Assembly (NCBI GenBank): GCA_049970055.1
Contig: JBMFNR010000003.1
Coordinates: 64,001 to 128,000, forward strand
Length of the DNA stretch: 64,000 bases
Source of the DNA: Fervidobacterium sp.
Lineage (GTDB): Bacteria > Thermotogota > Thermotogae > Thermotogales > Fervidobacteriaceae
Direction: 5' to 3'
Within the stretch, counting starts at the first letter, position 1; every line of letters starts with the position of its first letter. Shown here in pieces: positions 59,591 to 64,000 of this stretch. The position numbers and the translations under genes were made by a program. The notes under the pieces are model-generated. The model had not been told where the DNA came from, searched no databases, and worked only from the letters and a program-made list of their open reading frames with translations.

Positions 59591-60894
59591 TTTTTACCAC
59601 CTCGCAGTGTTCGATAAACTTTCTTCGCAAGTTTAATTGACTTTACGTGTTCCACGTTAGCTGGACATATATACGTACAAGAACCACATTCTATACAATC
59701 AAGTAAACCTATAGCTGCTGCTTCATCGTATTTCTTTTTTCTTGATAATAAGTCGAGTAAGTATGGCTGTAAGTTCATGGGACATACGTGAACACAGTAA
59801 GAACACCTTATACAATTCGTAGATTCTCTTTTCTGTTCTTTTATAACAGTAATACCATTATTACCTTTGAGTATGGGAGTATCCAAAGATGAAACTGGAA
59901 TCCCCGTCATAGGTCCACCCATGAGTAATTTTATTTCCTCCAAGCCCTCAACAAAACCTCCAGCAAGCTCGCTGATAATCCATGAAATTGGTGTGCCTAT
60001 TCTGACCCACCAATTGCCACGTTTCTTCACACCTTCCCCCGTTAATGTTAGCCCTCTTTCGATTAGTGGTTTACCATCGATGATAGCTTCTTTAATTGCG
60101 ATCATTGTGCTGACATTTTGAACTACTACACCAACATCGGCGGGCAGACCTCCGCTTGGGACTTCCCTTCCGGTTATAGTTTTAATTAATTGTTTTTCCG
60201 CCCCTTGTGGGTACTTTGTTCTAAGGGCTGCGACTTTCACTTTTCCATTCCACTCTTTTTCTAAAAGTTCAATGGCGTCTTTTTTATTTTCTTCAATACC
60301 TATATAAACATCTCTAACCCCAAGGATCTTCTTTACTATTTCAATCCCTACAAGTAAATCATCGTACATTTCAAGCATCACTCTATGATCAATAGTCAGA
60401 TATGGTTCACACTCAGCTCCGTTTATGATGAGTGTGTCTACTGGTTTTGGAGGGTTAAGTTTTACATGTGTAGGGAACATAGCACCGCCAAGACCCACAA
60501 TTCCTGCTTTCTTGATTATTTCTAACAATTCCTCTTTAGAAGCTTTTTGATAATCGAGCTTGGGTAAAAGTTCCCATTCGTCTTCTTTCGTTCTTTCGAT
60601 CGTAATAGCTTCAACAGCCATTCCGTGTATACTACTATTTACTTTGGCGATGCTAAGAACTTTTCCAGTAACAGGGGAGTGCACATATGCCGAGATTGGA
60701 CCTTGCGGTTCACCTATAATCTGTCCGGTTTTGACTTCTTGACCTACCTCAACCACAGGCTTAGCAGGAGCTCCTGCATGCTGAGCCATGAAAACTACGA
60801 CTTTATCAGGTAATGGGGCCTTTTGTATATTTTCGTGCTCTGTTAGTTTTTTTTCCGGTGGATGAACACCGCCTTTAAATGTTAACAATCTCAC
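59587..60894 (-). CDS. rnfC: Rnf complex subunit C
   Basis: FKGGVHP, QHAGAP, GLGGA.FP, AECEPY, YPQG.E, GGPMTG, two CxxCxxCxxxCP motifs. Confidence 0.95.
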   Translation of the reverse strand: MRLLTFKGGVHPPEKKLTEHENIQKAPLPDKVVVFMAQHAGAPAKPVVEVGQEVKTGQIIGEPQGPISAYVHSPVTGKVLSIAKVNSSIHGMAVEAITIERTKEDEWELLPKLDYQKASKEELLEIIKKAGIVGLGGAMFPTHVKLNPPKPVDTLIINGAECEPYLTIDHRVMLEMYDDLLVGIEIVKKILGVRDVYIGIEENKKDAIELLEKEWNGKVKVAALRTKYPQGAEKQLIKTITGREVPSGGLPADVGVVVQNVSTMIAIKEAIIDGKPLIERGLTLTGEGVKKRGNWWVRIGTPISWIISELAGGFVEGLEEIKLLMGGPMTGIPVSSLDTPILKGNNGITVIKEQKRESTNCIRCSYCVHVCPMNLQPYLLDLLSRKKKYDEAAAIGLLDCIECGSCTYICPANVEHVKSIKLAKKVYRTLRGGKK

Positions 60895-61134
60895 CTACCA
60901 CACCTCCCAAACGTCTGCAGATTGTAATAGATTGCATATATCACTGAATATACGAACAAGCGTAGTAAATAAATAAAATAGATTAAGCTTATCTAATATT
61001 CTACGTAAAATTATACGTGAAAATCACATTTTAGTGTTAAACGGCCGTTAATTTTTCAGCTACTAAAATTATAATATCAGGTATGAAATTATCTTAAACC
61101 TTAAAATACGCCGATTTTCTATGCTTTCAAAGAA

Positions 61135-61917
61135 TTAGAAAGGGTAGTATAGATATTTATCTTCATATCTAAGCACAAGTAAATTTTTCAACTGTACGTC
61201 TTTAAATTTTTGGTCTGAAAAGTTTCTAGGACCAAATTGGACTATCAGTTTTCTCCCGTGTGTTATTTTAACCATTTGTGCGATTTGTAGTGGAACGTTT
61301 ACATAATACGCAAAAAATTTAATTTTTGATATTTCATACCTTTCCTTCAATTTGCTTAGAGCATTCAAAATGTTTTCTCGTTCAACATACTGTGCAGGGT
61401 TGTAAACAGAGTAATTAACCTGAGATAACACGTTTGACTCATACTTAACCATTTTGAACGCAAAGGTAAAATTTTTAGTAAGAGCTGAATTTGAAAGTGT
61501 GGGTACTCTTTCAATGGTTGGATTATTTAACAAAATTCTGGAACTATCGATAAGTAATGTTACTTTTTCAATCAGTTCTGAACTATTATAAGATGTATAC
61601 CCTTCAAATTTTTCTTCTAAAAAAGGAGGGGCTTTTTCAAGCTCCACGCTTAACACTTTTTGATAAAAATCATTGGATGTTAAATTAATAATGGATAAAT
61701 TCATCTTGTTGACTAGCAAAGAATTTACTGGCAAGTGATTTTGGGAAAACGTAATTTCTAAGACTTTTGGACAAGTAAAACAAAAACCCCCAAAGTTAGC
61801 TTTAATAATCATTGGTAGATCCTTACCACGGGATGGTATTTTTAACTCTATATTAGTATATTTTATAAGCCCAAGCTCCATTTTTAGTGTTTCGATTACT
61901 TCTCTTGCGATGCGCAT
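61135..61917 (-). CDS. Hypothetical 260-aa protein
   Basis: Long ORF overlapping the upstream gene by 22 nt; no family recognised. Confidence 0.65.
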   Translation of the reverse strand: MRIAREVIETLKMELGLIKYTNIELKIPSRGKDLPMIIKANFGGFCFTCPKVLEITFSQNHLPVNSLLVNKMNLSIINLTSNDFYQKVLSVELEKAPPFLEEKFEGYTSYNSSELIEKVTLLIDSSRILLNNPTIERVPTLSNSALTKNFTFAFKMVKYESNVLSQVNYSVYNPAQYVERENILNALSKLKERYEISKIKFFAYYVNVPLQIAQMVKITHGRKLIVQFGPRNFSDQKFKDVQLKNLLVLRYEDKYLYYPF

Positions 61918-62384
61918 ATGTAATCAAGCGCTTTCTGGATCCGCTCAAATGGTTCCATGATATCTATTTTATTTGCATATTCTATTATTTTCTGAATTAT
62001 ACTATCATCGACTTTTGCACTTTCTTGAAATGTTATTCTAAAGCTTTTACTGCCTACCGTGACAATAACTTCGTTATTTTCTCTTTTTTCCGGTACTGTT
62101 TGTGGAAGCATTGTAAGCAGAACTAAGTTTTTATCAAAAAGAAGGGTTGGGTCTTCAACTAATAAAACCTCAGGTCTATTTTCTAATTTTTGAATGAGCC
62201 CCTTTGCAATTATTTCCACATGTAGGTAATATTCTAGGGAACTTCCGTAAATGATCTCCTGCAATTTTGTAGGAATAACTGGTTCGGAATATTTAAATTC
62301 AACAGGAATGCCAAAATCATTTATCACAAGGGCTCCACCGAGGTGCTTAGTGTCAATTTTTTGAACGGAAAGATAACCTATCAT
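61896..62384 (-). CDS. Hypothetical 162-aa protein
   Basis: ATGA coupling with the upstream gene; motif-like GG.L..D.G.PVEF, QEIIYG..L, EPFERI. Confidence 0.75.
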   Translation of the reverse strand: MIGYLSVQKIDTKHLGGALVINDFGIPVEFKYSEPVIPTKLQEIIYGSSLEYYLHVEIIAKGLIQKLENRPEVLLVEDPTLLFDKNLVLLTMLPQTVPEKRENNEVIVTVGSKSFRITFQESAKVDDSIIQKIIEYANKIDIMEPFERIQKALDYICASQEK

Positions 62385-62701
62385 ACTCTCACATCCAAAA
62401 TGTGTGAATCATCACGTCTTACTATATCCTTTTTTTCTTTACCTTCTTGTTTACTTTGTTTGGTGTATTCTCCTTGACTCTTTCCTTCTGTTGAACTTTG
62501 TATTTTCTTTTGCTCTGTACTATTAACACTTTTAGGAGAAGTGAGTTCCTGCTGTATGCGTTTTTCAACACTTTGAGCACTTTGCATAAGCGCAGCTTGA
62601 GCTGTGTATTGCTGCAAACTAACTATGTGCGAATTCTCGTACCCCACCTTTAATATTATCGTTTGATTTTGTACACCACTAATAGGCTCAGTCATATTCA
62701 T
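62381..62701 (-). CDS. Hypothetical Gln/Lys/Ser-rich protein downstream of fliA
   Basis: GAGGTG SD inside the fliA 3' end, ATG at 62701 or 62695; C-terminal HILDVRV. Confidence 0.7.
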   Translation of the reverse strand: MNMTEPISGVQNQTIILKVGYENSHIVSLQQYTAQAALMQSAQSVEKRIQQELTSPKSVNSTEQKKIQSSTEGKSQGEYTKQSKQEGKEKKDIVRRDDSHILDVRV

Positions 62702-63386
62702 CACCTCTAAGCATTTTACGTAGCTTAGAAAGTACACCGGTGATTATTTGAGACACGCGTGATTCTGTAACACCAAATACTTCAGCAATTTCCTTCAACG
62801 AGAGTTCATGTTCGTACCTCATGCTCAGCATCATTTTTTCTTTATCATCTAACTTGTTTATCGCCTCAATCAGCTGTTCGTAAAGTATAGATTTCCATGC
62901 GTTTTCTTTGACATTTTCTTCACTCTTGACTTCGATTGGTGCGTATGATATCTCTTCGGACTCAAAAAGGTATTGATCTAAATTCAAATATTGTTTTAGC
63001 GCTAATTCACTATATATCTCCTTCACATCCTCAGAACTCATACCCAATCTCTCAGCCATTTCGTCGTAAGACGGAAATCGGTTGTACTCGTCATAAAAGT
63101 TCAAGATTTCTCTGTCGAGTCTCTTGATATCTTGTCTCACGTTTTTAGGTAAATAATCAATTCTTCTCAGATAATCGAGCATAGCCCCCTTTATTCTTGT
63201 ATAAGCAAATGTTTTAAACGTGGCACCGTGCCGCGGATCATATTTCTCAACAGCTTGTAATAAGGCAATTACACCCTCTTGGATTAAATCGTCGAGTTCA
63301 ACATTGTATGGGAGGTTAACTTTTAAGTCGCGTGCTATTCTTACAATCAACGGTAAGTATTGTTTTACAATGTTTTCTTTATCCAT
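62688..63386 (-). CDS. fliA: Flagellar sigma factor sigma28 (FliA/WhiG)
   Basis: LP.NVELDDLIQEG, RIKGAMLDYLR, LKEIAEVFGVTESRVSQI; follows cheD. Confidence 0.94.
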   Translation of the reverse strand: MDKENIVKQYLPLIVRIARDLKVNLPYNVELDDLIQEGVIALLQAVEKYDPRHGATFKTFAYTRIKGAMLDYLRRIDYLPKNVRQDIKRLDREILNFYDEYNRFPSYDEMAERLGMSSEDVKEIYSELALKQYLNLDQYLFESEEISYAPIEVKSEENVKENAWKSILYEQLIEAINKLDDKEKMMLSMRYEHELSLKEIAEVFGVTESRVSQIITGVLSKLRKMLRGDEYD

Positions 63387-63388
63387 TA

Positions 63389-63868
63389 TCAAATTTCCGT
63401 TACCTCCACAGCATCTCCCGTTTTGACTTTTCTGATCAACAACTTTCCTGTTTCTACATCGTATTCTATGCTCCTTGCCTTGTTTCCTCCTGTATCTTCC
63501 GAAAGAAGTTTTATACCATTTCTTTGTAAAGCTTTTTTAACCGCTTCCACGTTTCTTGCACCTATATCCATTGCTGACTGAAACATTGAAGCGCCACCAG
63601 CTATCTTTGCTTCAAGTCTATTTCTTTGGGCTCCCATTTTGAGCAATTCATCAACGATAATGTCTACTCCCGTATCAGCAAATTTACCTGGTGTACTTGT
63701 TGGTTTTCCGCCACTATCTGGTAGCATAACATGGACCATTGCGCCTACTTTTGCAATAGGATCTCGTACACAAACCCCAACACATGAACCAAGTCCAAGC
63801 GTTACCAATATAGCGGGATTGCGTTCAACAGCCCATTCTCCAATGCCTATTATTACTTTTTTCTTCAT
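63389..63868 (-). CDS. cheD: Chemoreceptor glutamine deamidase CheD
   Basis: TLGLGSCVGV, HVMLP, KFAD, AGGASMF, IG.RN, DTGG. Confidence 0.95.
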   Translation of the reverse strand: MKKKVIIGIGEWAVERNPAILVTLGLGSCVGVCVRDPIAKVGAMVHVMLPDSGGKPTSTPGKFADTGVDIIVDELLKMGAQRNRLEAKIAGGASMFQSAMDIGARNVEAVKKALQRNGIKLLSEDTGGNKARSIEYDVETGKLLIRKVKTGDAVEVTEI

Positions 63869-63873
63869 TTATC

Positions 63874-64000
63874 TCACATCCCCAATGCCTTCAACAACTT
63901 CTCTAATGATTCAATTGATGGAACAAGAAGCAAGTAACCTGTAAGTTCTTCTTCTATACCCTCTATCTTGATCACAGTCTCTACCAACATTAAATTGTCT
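63874..64000 (-). CDS. cheC: CheC phosphatase, C-terminal fragment (truncated by the window edge)
   Basis: Manual translation DNLMLVETVIKIEGIEEELTGYLLLVPSIESLEKLLKALGM*; directly upstream of cheD. Confidence 0.75.
   Translation of the reverse strand, partial: DNLMLVETVIKIEGIEEELTGYLLLVPSIESLEKLLKALGM

Noticed and set aside
61000..61035. Palindromes upstream of rnfC (ACGTA-N6-TACGT, GTGA-N3-TCAC) as a Rex box
   Set aside because: The half-site spacing does not fit TGTGA-N6-TCACA. They may bind something else, but I cannot support that.
61095..61117. TAAA...GCCGATTT resembling an antisense sigma28 promoter
   Set aside because: The spacing is 11 nt rather than about 15, and no + strand gene follows.
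63874..63890. Possible frameshift at the cheC/cheD junction
   Set aside because: On recount the frame ends cleanly at ...KALGM-stop (63874-63876), 5 nt before cheD.

Overview
AT-rich, very gene-dense bacterial chromosome segment. Protein content and gene order (rplU-prp-rpmA-ribU-rplM-rpsI-dnaG-rpoD, class II NrdJ, DDPR-type MurE, cheC-cheD-fliA) point to Thermotogae, probably a Fervidobacterium/Thermosipho-like organism (inference). It is almost all core genome. Contents: murE-murF-mraY-WecA-like, spoVS, a ribosomal protein/primase/sigma70 operon, a YtrA-type GntR/ABC module, lysA, tRNA-Asp, a frameshifted LUD-domain gene, rex, nrdJ, a galactoside operon, a ~13 kb run from holB through lon and argS to fliD, nth-ribF, a pnp-M16-hslU-sugar permease run, an rnfCDGEA operon and the end of a che/fliA cluster. 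I see no mobile element, CRISPR array, rRNA, prophage or defence island, and I cannot claim a clearly new system. Best leads: (1) an rnf operon that terminates without rnfB; (2) two orphan sugar-ABC permeases with very large insertions; (3) a switch-like RNA leader and an 18-bp tandem repeat upstream of rplU; (4) an orphan histidine kinase plus HDOD pair upstream of a sigma28 promoter hidden inside rbfA; (5) three uncharacterised genes coupled to fliA; (6) a homopolymer frameshift in the LUD gene; (7) an atypical L27 N-terminus. All family calls come from motif recognition by eye; no searches were run.
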